A DNA stretch of 64,000 nt from Spirochaetia bacterium. Its GTDB lineage: Bacteria; Spirochaetota; Spirochaetia; SZUA-6; Bin103. The position numbers and the translations under genes are program-made. The notes below the pieces were generated by a model. The model saw nothing but the letters and a program-made list of their open reading frames with translations, was not told the DNA's origin and ran no database searches. Positions 18,729-29,376 of this stretch are shown one piece after another. Within the stretch, counting starts at the first letter, position 1. Each line of letters starts with the position of its first letter. The DNA lies in NCBI GenBank assembly GCA_965203055.1, contig OZ241863.1:2304001-2368000 (forward strand). Reading direction: 5' to 3'.

Positions 18729-19427
18729 TCATAGCGCAAGGTGGCGCTCCACCACCGCGCGGTTGGCCGGCCCCGCGCTCCCCTCGTGCACGATGGTGCC
18801 CTGGTCCATGATGTACACCCGGTCGGCGAGCCGCAGGGCGAAGTCGAGCGACTGCTCCACGAGCAGGATCGACAGCTCGCCCTGCGCCCGGATCTCGCGC
18901 ACCGCCTGTTCGATCTCACTGACGATCGACGGCTGAATCCCCTCGGTCGGCTCGTCGAGCAGCAGCAGGCGCGGTTGGGTGAGCAGCACCCGGGCCACCG
19001 CCAACTGCTGCTGCTGGCCGCCGCTCAGGTCGCCGCCGCGGCGCGGCAGCATGTCGGTCAACTCCGGGAACAGCTCCAGCACCCAGGCCGGCGCCCGGCT
19101 GCGCGCGCCGCCGCGCGCCTCCAGCCCCAGAAACAGGTTTTCGGCCACCGTCAGAAAGGGGAAGATCTCGCGCCCCTGGGGAACGTAGCCGATCCCGGCG
19201 CGGGAGCGGCGGTCGGCGCGCCATCCGGTGACCTCGCCGCCGTTGAAGGCGATGCTGCCCGCGCGCGCCTCCAGGATGCCCACCAGCGTCTTCATGAGCG
19301 TCGACTTGCCGACCCCGTTGCGGCCCATCACCGCCACCACCTCGCCGGCCGCCACCTGCAGATCGAGGTCGCGCACCACGATGGAACTGCCGTAGCCGGC
19401 CTGCAGGCCGCGCGTTTCAAGCAGCAT
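18729..19427 (-). CDS. urtE: Urea ABC transporter ATP-binding subunit
   Basis: GRNGVGKST, LSGGQQQQLA, LDEPTEGIQPSI; operon context. Confidence 0.93.
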   Translation of the reverse strand: MLLETRGLQAGYGSSIVVRDLDLQVAAGEVVAVMGRNGVGKSTLMKTLVGILEARAGSIAFNGGEVTGWRADRRSRAGIGYVPQGREIFPFLTVAENLFLGLEARGGARSRAPAWVLELFPELTDMLPRRGGDLSGGQQQQLAVARVLLTQPRLLLLDEPTEGIQPSIVSEIEQAVREIRAQGELSILLVEQSLDFALRLADRVYIMDQGTIVHEGSAGPANRAVVERHLAL

Positions 19428-20181
19428 CGCCGCCGCCCGCCCCGCGCCCGAGATAGACGTCGATCACGGTGGGGTCCCGCTTGACGGTGGCGAAGTCGCC
19501 CTCGCAGATCACCTGGCCGGCGTGCAGCACGGTCACCAGGCTGGAGAAGCGGCCCACGAACTGCATGTCGTGCTCCACCACCACCACCGAGCGCTGCGCG
19601 GCGATAGCCTCCAGAATCGTTCCGGTGCGCTCCCGCTCGGCCGCGGTCATGCCGGCCACCGGCTCATCCACCAGCAGCAGCTCCGGGTCGCGGACGATCG
19701 CCATGCCCAGCTCCAGCCACTGCTTCTCGCCGTGCGCCAGGGCGCCGGCCACGGTGCGGCGCCGGTCTTTCAGCCCCACCAGCTCCAGCACTTCGGCGCT
19801 GCGCCGGCGCGCGGCGCGGCCCGCCTCCCGGAAGGTGGCGGCGAGGAACCCGCGCGGCACTTCGGCGGCGAGATCCATGTTCTGGTCGACGGTGAGACTG
19901 TCGAACACCGACGGCGCCTGAAACTTGCGGCTGATGCCGAGCCGCGCGATGGCGTGCTCATCGTGGGCCAGGAGGTCGATCCGGTTGGCGAACTGCACCC
20001 GCCCCGACACCGGCTTGACCTTGCCGCAGATCACGTCCAGCAGGGTGGTCTTGCCGGCGCCGTTGGGACCGATCAGGAAGCGCAGCTCCCCCGTGCGGAC
20101 GATCAGGTTGACGTGTTGCAGGGCCTTGAAGCCGTCGAAGTCCACGGTTACCGATTCCACGTACAGGATGTCGTTCAACAT
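19417..20181 (-). CDS. urtD: Urea ABC transporter ATP-binding subunit
   Basis: VDFDGFKAL, IGPNGAGKTT, RKFQ.PSVF, HGEKQWLELGM. Confidence 0.93.
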   Translation of the reverse strand: MLNDILYVESVTVDFDGFKALQHVNLIVRTGELRFLIGPNGAGKTTLLDVICGKVKPVSGRVQFANRIDLLAHDEHAIARLGISRKFQAPSVFDSLTVDQNMDLAAEVPRGFLAATFREAGRAARRRSAEVLELVGLKDRRRTVAGALAHGEKQWLELGMAIVRDPELLLVDEPVAGMTAAERERTGTILEAIAAQRSVVVVEHDMQFVGRFSSLVTVLHAGQVICEGDFATVKRDPTVIDVYLGRGAGGGDAA

Positions 20182-21314
20182 TTGCGCGCTCCCTCCCCGG
20201 CGGCGCCGCGCCGGCCCGCGGCAGGCGGCGCCGGCTGCGGCCCCGGTCCCGCGCGCCGCGCCCGCAGCGAACGCAGCGCCGGCGCCTGCCGGAGCTGCCC
20301 CAGGATGCCGGCCAGCCCGCGCGGGAACAGCAGCACCACCCCGATGAACAGCGCGCCGAACAGGTAGAGCCACACTTCGGGCAGCGATTCGCTGAACGCG
20401 GTCTTGGCCCAGTTGACCGCCACCGCGCCGGCCGCGGCGCCGGCGATGGTGCCGCGCCCCCCGACCGCCACCCAGATTGCCATTTCCACCGACGGCAGGA
20501 TGCCCATCGAGGAGGGGCTGATGATCCCCACCTGGGGCACGAACAGCGCGCCGGCGAAGCCGGCAATCGCGGCCGACAGGGCGAAGATCACCAACTTGTA
20601 GCGCACCGGATCGTAGCCTAGAAAGCGCAGCCGGTTCTCCCCGTCGCGAATCGCCAGCAGCACGGTGCCGGTCTTGGTACGCACCAGCCAGCGCGCCAGC
20701 GCGATCACCCCGAGCAGCGTGGCCGCGGTGATCAGATACAGCGCCAGCCGTACCCCGGAACCATACAGCGAGACGCCGGCGACGGAGTGAAAGTTGGTCA
20801 TGCCGTTGGTGCCGCCGGTGAACGGCTGCTGGCCGATGAACAGGATCATCATCGCCAGCGCCAGCGCCTGGGTGAGAATCGAGAAGTACACCCCGCGAAT
20901 GCCGGCGCGAAAGGTGGGATAGCCGACGATGACCGCGAACAGCGCCGGGATCAGCACCGCCATCGGCAGCGCCACCGCGAAGTGGCGAAACGGCTCCCAG
21001 AACCAGGGGAGCTGCTCCAGGCCGCTCCACACCATGAAGTCGGGCAGCGCTTCCGACTGCAGCTTCATGTGCATCGCCATGCTGTAGGCGCCCAGGCTGA
21101 AGAACACGCCGTGCCCGAGGCTCAACACGCCGGCGTAGCCCCACAACAGGTCGAGCCCCACCGCGGCGACCGCGAACGCCAGGTACTTCCCGACCAGCGC
21201 GAGGCGGAAGTCGGACAGCAGCAGCGGCAGGAGCAACAGGAGCGCCGCCGCCAGCAGGTAGCCGGCGCCCGCCGCGCGCCCCTGCGCCAGCCGCGCCAGC
21301 CGCGCCGGGATCAT
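20175..21314 (-). CDS. urtC: Urea ABC transporter permease
   Basis: GKYLAFA..AVGLDLLWGYAGVLSLGH, IRGVYFSILTQA, AIRDGENR.RFLGY. Confidence 0.93.
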   Translation of the reverse strand: MIPARLARLAQGRAAGAGYLLAAALLLLLPLLLSDFRLALVGKYLAFAVAAVGLDLLWGYAGVLSLGHGVFFSLGAYSMAMHMKLQSEALPDFMVWSGLEQLPWFWEPFRHFAVALPMAVLIPALFAVIVGYPTFRAGIRGVYFSILTQALALAMMILFIGQQPFTGGTNGMTNFHSVAGVSLYGSGVRLALYLITAATLLGVIALARWLVRTKTGTVLLAIRDGENRLRFLGYDPVRYKLVIFALSAAIAGFAGALFVPQVGIISPSSMGILPSVEMAIWVAVGGRGTIAGAAAGAVAVNWAKTAFSESLPEVWLYLFGALFIGVVLLFPRGLAGILGQLRQAPALRSLRARRAGPGPQPAPPAAGRRGAAGEGARKC

Positions 21315-22219
21315 CGCTGCCCCTCCAGGGCGCGGGTGCGCAGCGCCAGCAGCCCGGCGGGCCGGTACTGCAGGAACACCACGATCAGGGCGAAGATGAT
21401 CACCTTGCCCATCGACGAGGTGGTGATGAATTCGAACAGCGGGCTGGCCGCGCCGATCAACACGGCGCCGGCCACCGAGCCGGCAATCGAGCCGACGCCG
21501 CCGAGCACCACCACCATGAAGGAGTCGATGATCCAGTTCTGGCCGGTCGCCGGACCGACCGAGCCGAGCAGACTCACCACGCAGCCGGCGATGCCCGCCA
21601 GCCCGCTTCCCAGGGCGAAGGTGCGCGCGTCCACCGCCGCGGTGTTGATGCCCAGGGCCGCGGCCATCGGGCGGTTCTGCATCACGGCGCGCATGCTGCA
21701 GCCGGCGCGGGTCCGGTTCAGGAACAGGTAGGTGCCCAGCACGCACGTCAGCGCCGCGCCGATGATGAACAGCCGGTTGGCCGGGAGCTGCACGCCGTCG
21801 GCCAGCGCCAGACCGCCCTGCAGCCAGTCCGGGGTGCGCACCTCCACGTTGGCGGCGCCGAACACGTTGCGGGCGAGTTGCTGCAGGATGAGACTCAGGC
21901 CCCAGGTCGCCAGGATGCTCTCGAACGGGCGCCCGTAGAGGAAGCGGATCAGCGAGCGCTCGGTAAGGAAGCCGAGCCCCGCGGTGACCAGGAACGCCAG
22001 CGCCAGCGCCACCGGGTACCAGGCCCCGCCCAGCGGATCGTGGAGCCAGCGGTCCACCACGTAGGTGACGTAGGCGCCGACCATCACGAACTCGCCGTGC
22101 GCGAAGTTGATCACGCCCATGATTCCGAAGGTGATGCTCAGCCCCAGCGCCACCATCAGCAGCACGCTGCTGATGCTGAGGCTGTTGAAGAGCTGCATCG
22201 CGGTAGTGGTCAGGGTCAC
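21311..22219 (-). CDS. urtB: Urea ABC transporter permease
   Basis: ALGLSITFGIMGVINFAHGEF, LATWGLSLILQQ, IDSFMVVVLGGVG. Confidence 0.93.
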   Translation of the reverse strand: MTLTTTAMQLFNSLSISSVLLMVALGLSITFGIMGVINFAHGEFVMVGAYVTYVVDRWLHDPLGGAWYPVALALAFLVTAGLGFLTERSLIRFLYGRPFESILATWGLSLILQQLARNVFGAANVEVRTPDWLQGGLALADGVQLPANRLFIIGAALTCVLGTYLFLNRTRAGCSMRAVMQNRPMAAALGINTAAVDARTFALGSGLAGIAGCVVSLLGSVGPATGQNWIIDSFMVVVLGGVGSIAGSVAGAVLIGAASPLFEFITTSSMGKVIIFALIVVFLQYRPAGLLALRTRALEGQR

Positions 22220-22313
22220 CGTGCCTTCCTTGCCGTGCCGGCGGCGCCGGCCGCCGGGGCACCCGGAGAGGCGCTCCCGGCAGCCCGGCGCCGCCGCAAC
22301 TATTCTAGCGCTG

Positions 22314-23540
22314 TCAGCCGCGCGGCCCCAGCACTCCGGGCTCGATCACGTCTTCGTCAGGCGAAATCAGCTCCGGATAGGGATCGGGCCGCACCGGCTC
22401 GCCGGTGGACCACAGAATGTCGAACTGGCCCTCGGCGTCCACCTTTCCGATCTGGACGATCTTCCAGGTGTGGTTGTTGACCGGGTCGATCTTGACCATC
22501 CCCTCGGGGGCCTCGTACTCGACGCCGCGCAGCGCCAGGCGCACCTCCGCGGTGTCGGCGGTGCCCGCCTTCTTGACCGCTTCCGCCCACAGGTAGACCC
22601 CGAAGTAGCCCGCCTCGATCGGATCGTCGGTCACCCGCTCGGCGCCGTAGGCCGCCTTGTACCGCTCCACGAAACCGGCGTTCATCGGGCTGTCCATGCT
22701 CTGGAAGTAGTTCCAGGCCGCCAGGTGCCCTTCGATGAACTCGGCGCCGATGCCCTTGATCTCCTCTTCGGCAACGCTCACCGACATCACCGGAATGTCG
22801 TCCGGGCCGATGCCCGCGGCCTTGAGCTGCTTGAAGAAGGCCACGTTGCTGTCGCCGTTCAGGGTGTTGAAGATCACGTCCGGGGCCGCGGCGCGAATCT
22901 TGTTGATCACCGTGGCGTACTCGGTATGGCCGAGCGGCGTGTACTCCTCCGCCACCGTGGTGCCGCCCTCCGCCTCGAGTTGGATCTTGATGATCTTGTT
23001 GGCGGTGCGCGGAAACACGTAGTCGGAGCCCAGCAGGAAGAATTTGGTGCCCTTCTCCTGCAGCAGCCACGACACCGCGGGCATGATCTGCTGATTGGGC
23101 GCCGCGCCGGTGTAGATGATGTTCTTGGAAGCCTCCAGCCCTTCGTACTGCACCGGATAGAACAGCAGATGGTCAAGACCCTCGAACACCGGCAGCACCG
23201 CCTTGCGGCTGGCCGAGGTCCAGCAGCCGAACACCACCTGGACCTGATCGCGTTCGATCAGCTTGCGCGCCTTCTCGGCGAACGTGGGCCAGTCGGAGGC
23301 GCCGTCTTCGATGATCGGCACGATCTGCTTGCCGAGCAGCCCGCCGGCGGCGTTGATCTCGTTGATCGCCATGATGGTGGCGTCCTTTACCGCTACCTCG
23401 CTGATCGACATGGTGCCGCTCAGCGAATGCAGGACGCCGACTTTGATGACGTCGCCCGCTTCGTCCTCACCGCCGGCGAATGCGATGCAGGGCAGAAGCA
23501 GGGCGACACAAACCAGGAGCGGAGCTCGCAGGTTACGCAT
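22314..23540 (-). CDS. urtA: Urea ABC transporter substrate-binding protein
   Basis: [54 protein letters not shown]; signal peptide. Confidence 0.96.
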   Translation of the reverse strand: MRNLRAPLLVCVALLLPCIAFAGGEDEAGDVIKVGVLHSLSGTMSISEVAVKDATIMAINEINAAGGLLGKQIVPIIEDGASDWPTFAEKARKLIERDQVQVVFGCWTSASRKAVLPVFEGLDHLLFYPVQYEGLEASKNIIYTGAAPNQQIMPAVSWLLQEKGTKFFLLGSDYVFPRTANKIIKIQLEAEGGTTVAEEYTPLGHTEYATVINKIRAAAPDVIFNTLNGDSNVAFFKQLKAAGIGPDDIPVMSVSVAEEEIKGIGAEFIEGHLAAWNYFQSMDSPMNAGFVERYKAAYGAERVTDDPIEAGYFGVYLWAEAVKKAGTADTAEVRLALRGVEYEAPEGMVKIDPVNNHTWKIVQIGKVDAEGQFDILWSTGEPVRPDPYPELISPDEDVIEPGVLGPRG

Positions 23541-23601
23541 AATAGGTGTTCCTCCCAAGGGGTAGTAAGGTGTCAGGGTGAGGTCCCTTGCCTATCCTTG
23601 A

Positions 23602-23618
23602 AGCAAGCTCCGTGCCAA
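23602..23618 (-). promoter_or_regulatory. Sigma-54 (RpoN) -24/-12 promoter of urt-ure operon
   Basis: TTGGCACGGAGCTTGCT matches TGGCAC-N5-TTGC, ~60 nt upstream of urtA. Confidence 0.88.
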
Positions 23619-23711
23619 CCGCGCAGGTGCTCCCCGTGCGGCGCAGTCAGCGTGCGGGCGGCGCAATGGGGTACATTTTCGTATGACGGCGCGTCGATTG
23701 CTACCTGAATG

Positions 23712-24707
23712 TCAGATCCTGTCGGCGATGATACCGGACGGTCGCCAGTACCGCTCCTGCAGCGCGCCCTGGGCGGCTCCGGGCGAACAGGAACGCAGCA
23801 CACCCCGCAGCGCCTCCAGGTCGCCGAACAGCGCCCGTACCTGAGACTGGTAGCAGCCGATGGCGCTGACCTTGGCCGCGAATACCGCCGCGGTGTCGAT
23901 CAGCTCCGGGGTCATGGTGAGCCACGCGCGGCGCCGCGCGCCGGCGCGCGCGCGGGCGAACCGGGCGGCGAGCAGCGCGAACAGCAGGAGCCGGGCGGCG
24001 CCGGCGGCGCGCAGGTGACGGCCGAGCTGGGGGGCCGCCAGCAGCGCGGCCTGGGCGGCGCGGGCGCGGGCCAGCGCTGACCGCGCCGGCGCGGGCCGTG
24101 CCGGCGGCGTGGCCGGAGCGCGGATCCCGACCTGTTCGAACCGCTGCGCCAACAGATGGGGGATGCACACGTAGGGCGTATCCTCGTAGAATAGCATACC
24201 GCACGGCTGGCCGGACTCGATCCGCCGCCGCTCAAGGCCGACTGCGGACACCAACTGATGGTCCACGTGGTTACCGATTCCGAGGGGAAAGTAGAGTGTC
24301 GCGGCCGGATGCCGGCGGCTCACCTGCGCCATGGAGGCGGCTACCCGGGCCTGCAGCGGCGCTTCGCGCCGCGCCCGCGGCCGGGTGATGGCGGCCAGCG
24401 ACGCATACCGGCGGTGGCGCTGGATGGCGTCCGGGTAGTCGAGCCAGCAGTGGTCGGCGCCGAGCGCGGCGAGCGCGCGGCGATCTTCCCCGCGGCGCGC
24501 GGCAACGTCCCGGAACGGGTCCCAGGCCTGGGAGCGGGCAGGCGGCGGCGGCGCCTGCCGCGCGGCGCCGGCAAAGATGGTCACCACCAGCACCCGGTGA
24601 CCGGCGCCGGTCTGGCGGGCAATGCGCCCGGCGCAGGACAGGACCACGTCGTCCAGGTGCGGCGAGAAGTAGACGTGCCGGTAGTCGCCGGCCCCGGGCT
24701 GCCCCAC
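23712..24707 (-). CDS. PIG-L/LmbE family deacetylase
   Basis: FSPHLDDVVLSC, R..ED..A...LG, PLGIGNHVDH, FYEDTPY, K..AI.CYQSQ; start uncertain. Confidence 0.88.
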   Translation of the reverse strand: MGQPGAGDYRHVYFSPHLDDVVLSCAGRIARQTGAGHRVLVVTIFAGAARQAPPPPARSQAWDPFRDVAARRGEDRRALAALGADHCWLDYPDAIQRHRRYASLAAITRPRARREAPLQARVAASMAQVSRRHPAATLYFPLGIGNHVDHQLVSAVGLERRRIESGQPCGMLFYEDTPYVCIPHLLAQRFEQVGIRAPATPPARPAPARSALARARAAQAALLAAPQLGRHLRAAGAARLLLFALLAARFARARAGARRRAWLTMTPELIDTAAVFAAKVSAIGCYQSQVRALFGDLEALRGVLRSCSPGAAQGALQERYWRPSGIIADRI

Positions 24708-24816
24708 CCCGCCAGTGTGAACGCGGGGGGCGCGCCGCGGCAACCGGGGCCCAGGCCGCCGCGCGCCGCCGCCGGGCTCTCGGCAGCACGCCGCAGTACA
24801 GGATAGGCTGGACGCC

Positions 24817-26082
24817 GTGACGGTCTGTATCGTGACCCTGGGCACGCTGGGAGACGTGCTGCCCTTGTGCGCGTTGGGCGCCGGGTTGACGCGCGCAGGT
24901 CATCAGGTGCGCGTCGCTACCCATGACCACTACCGCGCCTACGTGCTGGGGTACGGACTGGAACACTCGGCCATGCCGCTCGATCCGGTGGCCCTGTTCA
25001 GCGGCGACCGCGGCAACTTCTGGCTGGCGTCGCGCAACAACCCGGTGCGCTTCATGGCGGGGCTGGTGCGGGCGGCGCGGCCGGCCATCCCGCGGCTGGT
25101 AGACGCGGCCCGCGCGGCCTGCCGGAACGCCGACGCGATGCTGTTTACCCCGCTGGGAATGATAGCTCATCACGTTGGCGAGAAGCTCGGCATTCCGGCA
25201 TTCCTCGCGTCGCTGCAGCCGATCATGCCGACCAACCGGTTCCCCAGCGTGCTGGCGCCGGCGCAGGTGCGCCTGGGCGGCGGCTACAACCGGATGAGCC
25301 ACCTGGCTACCGAGCAGGCGTTCTGGCAGCCGTGGCGGCGCGCCTTCAACCGCACGCGCCGCGAGGTGCTCGACCTGCCGCCGCTGCCCTGGAGCGGCAT
25401 CGGCCCGGAACTGCGCCGCCGGCGCACGCCGCACCTGTATGGCTTCAGCTCCGCGGTGGTGCCGCGGCCGCCCGATTGGCCGGCCTGGGCCCACGTGACC
25501 GGCTACTGGTTTCCCGCCACGCGCCGCCTGTGGCCGGTGCCGGCCGAGCTGGAGGAGTTTCTGGCCGCCGGGCCGGCGCCGGTATGCGTCGGGTTCAGCA
25601 GCCTCAAGGTAGCGGATCCGCGCGCGCTGACGGCGACCGTGGTCGCCGCGCTGCGCCGCGCCGGCCGGCGCGGCGTGCTGCTGCAGGGTTGGGGCGCGCT
25701 GCAGCCGGGCCGCCACGGCAAGGACATGCTGGTGCTCGATTCGGCGCCCCACGAGTACCTGTTCGAACGGGTGGCGGCGGTGGTGCACCCCGGCGGCGCG
25801 GGCACCAGCGCCGCGTCCCTGCGCGCCGGCGTGCCTTCGGTGGTGGTGCCGGGTTTCGCCGACCAGTTCTTCTGGGCGCGGCGGCTGACCGAGCTGGGGG
25901 TGGCGCCGCCGCCGCTCAGGTGGCGGACGCTGAGCCCCGACCGGCTCGGCTCGGCGATTGCGCTGGCCGCGGGCAACGCCGCCATGCGCCGCGCGGCCCG
26001 CGCCGCCCGCGCCCGGATTCGCGCCGAGGATGGAGTGAACCGCGCCGTCACTGCCATCGAACGGTACCTGGCAGCGGCCTGA
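24817..26082 (+). CDS. GT1/GT28 glycosyltransferase, sterol 3-beta-glucosyltransferase-like
   Basis: GTLGDVLP...LG..L...GH.V, S..VVPRPPDW, VTGYWF, VVHPGGAGT, DQFFW. Confidence 0.9.
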   Translation: MTVCIVTLGTLGDVLPLCALGAGLTRAGHQVRVATHDHYRAYVLGYGLEHSAMPLDPVALFSGDRGNFWLASRNNPVRFMAGLVRAARPAIPRLVDAARAACRNADAMLFTPLGMIAHHVGEKLGIPAFLASLQPIMPTNRFPSVLAPAQVRLGGGYNRMSHLATEQAFWQPWRRAFNRTRREVLDLPPLPWSGIGPELRRRRTPHLYGFSSAVVPRPPDWPAWAHVTGYWFPATRRLWPVPAELEEFLAAGPAPVCVGFSSLKVADPRALTATVVAALRRAGRRGVLLQGWGALQPGRHGKDMLVLDSAPHEYLFERVAAVVHPGGAGTSAASLRAGVPSVVVPGFADQFFWARRLTELGVAPPPLRWRTLSPDRLGSAIALAAGNAAMRRAARAARARIRAEDGVNRAVTAIERYLAAA

Positions 26083-26114
26083 CCCTGGGTGCGGCGCGTC
26101 CTGACCGGCCTCCT

Positions 26115-26882
26115 TCAGGCGCGCCGGTCGCTCCGATCTCCCTGCAGATCCAAGGTCACCAGCTTGAGGTGCCATGGTTCGCCGGTGATCCGCGTCCACA
26201 GCGAGAACCGGCGCTTGTCGGCCACCCGGCACCCGTACAAGGTCCGGATCCGCCCGGATATGAAGTCTTGCTCACCCGGCTCGGCGATCTGACCGTGCAG
26301 GCCGCGCACGCCGCGGGCGCGCAGATCGCGGATCAGCGCGTCGCCGAGGCGTACCATGCACCCGTAGAAGGCCAGCTTCCGGGTGCGCAAGGCGGGGTCC
26401 ACGCCGAGATGGACGTGGGCCGGGAACTGCCGCAGATCCGCTCCCGGGAGCTCGCGCCAGGCCCGCGCCGCGGCCCACCACAGGGTGCGGTAGGTATTCA
26501 GCCGGCGGTAGCGGGCGGTGACCAGCCGCAGCAGCAGGCGCGCGAGCAGTCGCGGTCCGTAGCGGAACAGCAGCACCCGCTGATAGCGGCGCGTGTCCTT
26601 GCAGCCCATGATGTAGCCCACCACCCGCCCCCCGCTCTCGGCGACGAAGCAGGATTCCGGTTCATAGCTCAGGTAGTAGTCCATGAACAGCGCCAGCACG
26701 ATCCGTTCATCTTCGAAGAACGCGGCGAGCGGCTGCCCGCGCAGCGCCGTAGCGCAGATGATGCGGCTGATGGCGGCGCGGTCGCGGCGCCGAAAGGGGC
26801 GGATGCGCAGCCGCTGCCCGGCGGGGGCGGCGGAGGCGCGCCGGTCCTGCTGCCAGACGCGCTCGGGGGAACGGCGGCTCAT
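26115..26882 (-). CDS. GNAT-family N-acetyltransferase
   Basis: IRPF...D..AI..I, YYL.YEPESCFVAE..GRVVGYI.G, FPAHVH. Confidence 0.8.
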   Translation of the reverse strand: MSRRSPERVWQQDRRASAAPAGQRLRIRPFRRRDRAAISRIICATALRGQPLAAFFEDERIVLALFMDYYLSYEPESCFVAESGGRVVGYIMGCKDTRRYQRVLLFRYGPRLLARLLLRLVTARYRRLNTYRTLWWAAARAWRELPGADLRQFPAHVHLGVDPALRTRKLAFYGCMVRLGDALIRDLRARGVRGLHGQIAEPGEQDFISGRIRTLYGCRVADKRRFSLWTRITGEPWHLKLVTLDLQGDRSDRRA

Positions 26883-26967
26883 GGCGCCCCCTACCATACC
26901 ATTGCATCCTGCGGCGGGCCGGCGCCGGCCGCCGCCCCGCCGGCGGTGACGCGCCGGTGACGCGCCG

Positions 26968-29376
26968 ATGACGGCGGCGCCGGCCCGGGGCCCGGCGGCA
27001 GCGGAATTGCTGTTCCGGCGCTACGCCCGGTTCGTGGCGCGCCGCGGAGTGGCGGTGGCGGCGGCGCTGGCAGTGGTGACCTGCGCCAGCATCTGGCTGC
27101 TGCCCAAACTCCGGGTCGACGCCGACATCGCGGCGCTGCTGCCGCGCGACTCGCAGACCCGGCGCCTGATCGACAAGTACGCCGCGCCCGCGGCCAGCGA
27201 ACTGTTGCTGATCGGGGTCAGCCATCCCGAGCTGTTGGCGCCGGCGCGGCTGGCGCAGGTGGCCGAGATCGATCGCCTGGTGCGCGCTCAGCCGGAGGTG
27301 CTGGACGCTCTGACGCCGTTCAACCTGCGTACCTTCCAGCGCCGGCGGGGGCGGCTGCTGCTGGCGCCGCTGGCGCCGGGCGGGACGGCGCCGGCCGGCG
27401 CCGAGGAGTTGGCCCGCTGGCGCGCCCGGCTCGACGCCGCGCCGCCGGACCGGCAGGCGCTGTTCAACCCGCAGGAGCCGGCGTTCAACCTGATCTACTC
27501 GGTGGCGACGCAGGATGACTACGGCGCGTTCCTGCGGCGGGTACGCGCCATCCTGGCGGCCGGCGGCGGGGAGCTGTCCACCGTCCTGGGCGGTTGGCTG
27601 CCGCTGTACGAGGAAAGCCGAACTGCCATTACCGGCGAGCTGCCGCTGCTGGCCGGAGCCGCGGCGCTGATCACCCTGCTGGTGTTTCTGCTGAGCTTCG
27701 CCGCCCTGCGCGCCGTGGTGCTGCCGCTGCTGGCGATCGCCGCGGGGCTGCTGTGGACGTTTGGCCTGATGGCGCTCACCGGGGTCCCGGTGAGCATGGC
27801 CAGTCTGATGCTGCCGCCGCTGATCTTCGCGCTTGGCAGCTCCTACAGCATCCACTTCCTGCACCGCTACTTCAGCGCGCCGCCGGCGGCCGACCCCGGG
27901 GGACGCATCGGCGCGGCGCCGCCGGAGCGGGTCGAAGCGGTGGCGCGGGTGAGCGGCGCCGCGGCGCAAACCATCGTGCTGGCCGCCCTCACCACCGCCG
28001 CGGGCTCCGCCAGCCTGCTGTTCAGCGGCATGGCGCGGCTGCGCGAGTTCGGCCTGTTCGCGGCCGTGGGCATCGTGAACTGCGCCGCGGCCGCCCTGCT
28101 GCTCTACCCGGCGGTGCTGGCGCGCCTGCCGCTGCCGGAAGCGCGCCGGCGCCGGCGGCTGACCCGCGGCGCGCTGGCGCGCTTCGTGACCCGCCTGACC
28201 GCGCTGGTGCCGCGCCGGCGGTGGTGGGTGTACGGGTTCCTGGCGCTGATGGCGGCGGCGCTGGCGGCGACCGCGGCCGGTCTGCGCTATCAGACCGACG
28301 TCGCCGCGTTCTTCCGCGGCAGCGTGGCCGCGGTGGAGGACAACCGCCTGCTGATGCGCCGCTTCGGCAGCTACGTGGACCTGAACCTGACCGTCACCGC
28401 GCCGGCGGGGTTGCCGGACCGCGAGCTGCTCGGCCAGCTCGCGCGCTTCGAGGAAGCGGCGCGGGGCCATCCCCACGTCAGCCACGTCACCGCGGTCACG
28501 GCCTATCTGAGGTCCCTCAATCATGCGCTCACCGGGAACCTCGACTATCCGCGCAACCCGGCGGTAGTGCACCTGTTTCAGCGCCTGCTGCGGCTCGGCG
28601 CGGCCACCGGCAGCGGCCTGGGGGGGCTGATCGACACCGCCCGCGGCCACCTCACCACGCGCATCTGGATCCGCGACGACGCCACCCGGTGGCTGCTCTC
28701 CGAGCGCGACATGCGCGAGCTGGCGCAGTACCTGCGCCGGCAGGCCGCGGCGGCATTCCCGCCCGAACGGGAACCGGAGTTGTGGGGGTGGAGTCTGGTC
28801 ACCCTGCGGGTAGCGGAGATCCTCACCCGCGAGCAGCTCCTGTCCACCGCTACCGCCGCCCTGCTGGTGCTGCTCATCACCAGCGCCGCCTTCCGCTCGC
28901 TGCGCTACGGATTGCTCGCCCTGCTGCCCCTGGGAACCGCGGTCATGCTCACCTTCATCCTGATGGCGCTGTTCGGAATACCGCTGGACGTGCTCACGGT
29001 GAGCTTTGCCGGGGTCGCGGTCGGGGTGGGGGTCGATGACTCGATTCACTTCCTGCTGCACTACCGGCGGACCCGCCGCGCCGCGCCCGCGGCCGCGCCG
29101 GAGGCCGCGGTGGCGGCCACCATGCAGCACACCGGGCGCGCGATTCTGATCACCACCGCCGCCATCGTCGCCGGCCTGCTGGCGCTGGCGGTCTCCCGCT
29201 TCCTGCCGGTGGTGTACCTCGGAGCGCTGATCTCGATGACGCTGATCGGAGCCACCTTCGGCACCCTGGTGCTGCTGCCCGCGCTGCTCGCCACCCGGCG
29301 GGATGCGGTCTCCGTCCGCCGCCGCGCCCGGCTCGTCGCGCGCCCGCGCCGGCCCCCGGACGAGGAACCGGCATGA
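26968..29376 (+). CDS. MMPL/RND-family lipid transporter
   Basis: Two repeats of TM + periplasmic domain + 5 TM; GSSYSIHF and GVGVDDSIHF; TGRAILIT. Confidence 0.9.
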   Translation: MTAAPARGPAAAELLFRRYARFVARRGVAVAAALAVVTCASIWLLPKLRVDADIAALLPRDSQTRRLIDKYAAPAASELLLIGVSHPELLAPARLAQVAEIDRLVRAQPEVLDALTPFNLRTFQRRRGRLLLAPLAPGGTAPAGAEELARWRARLDAAPPDRQALFNPQEPAFNLIYSVATQDDYGAFLRRVRAILAAGGGELSTVLGGWLPLYEESRTAITGELPLLAGAAALITLLVFLLSFAALRAVVLPLLAIAAGLLWTFGLMALTGVPVSMASLMLPPLIFALGSSYSIHFLHRYFSAPPAADPGGRIGAAPPERVEAVARVSGAAAQTIVLAALTTAAGSASLLFSGMARLREFGLFAAVGIVNCAAAALLLYPAVLARLPLPEARRRRRLTRGALARFVTRLTALVPRRRWWVYGFLALMAAALAATAAGLRYQTDVAAFFRGSVAAVEDNRLLMRRFGSYVDLNLTVTAPAGLPDRELLGQLARFEEAARGHPHVSHVTAVTAYLRSLNHALTGNLDYPRNPAVVHLFQRLLRLGAATGSGLGGLIDTARGHLTTRIWIRDDATRWLLSERDMRELAQYLRRQAAAAFPPEREPELWGWSLVTLRVAEILTREQLLSTATAALLVLLITSAAFRSLRYGLLALLPLGTAVMLTFILMALFGIPLDVLTVSFAGVAVGVGVDDSIHFLLHYRRTRRAAPAAAPEAAVAATMQHTGRAILITTAAIVAGLLALAVSRFLPVVYLGALISMTLIGATFGTLVLLPALLATRRDAVSVRRRARLVARPRRPPDEEPA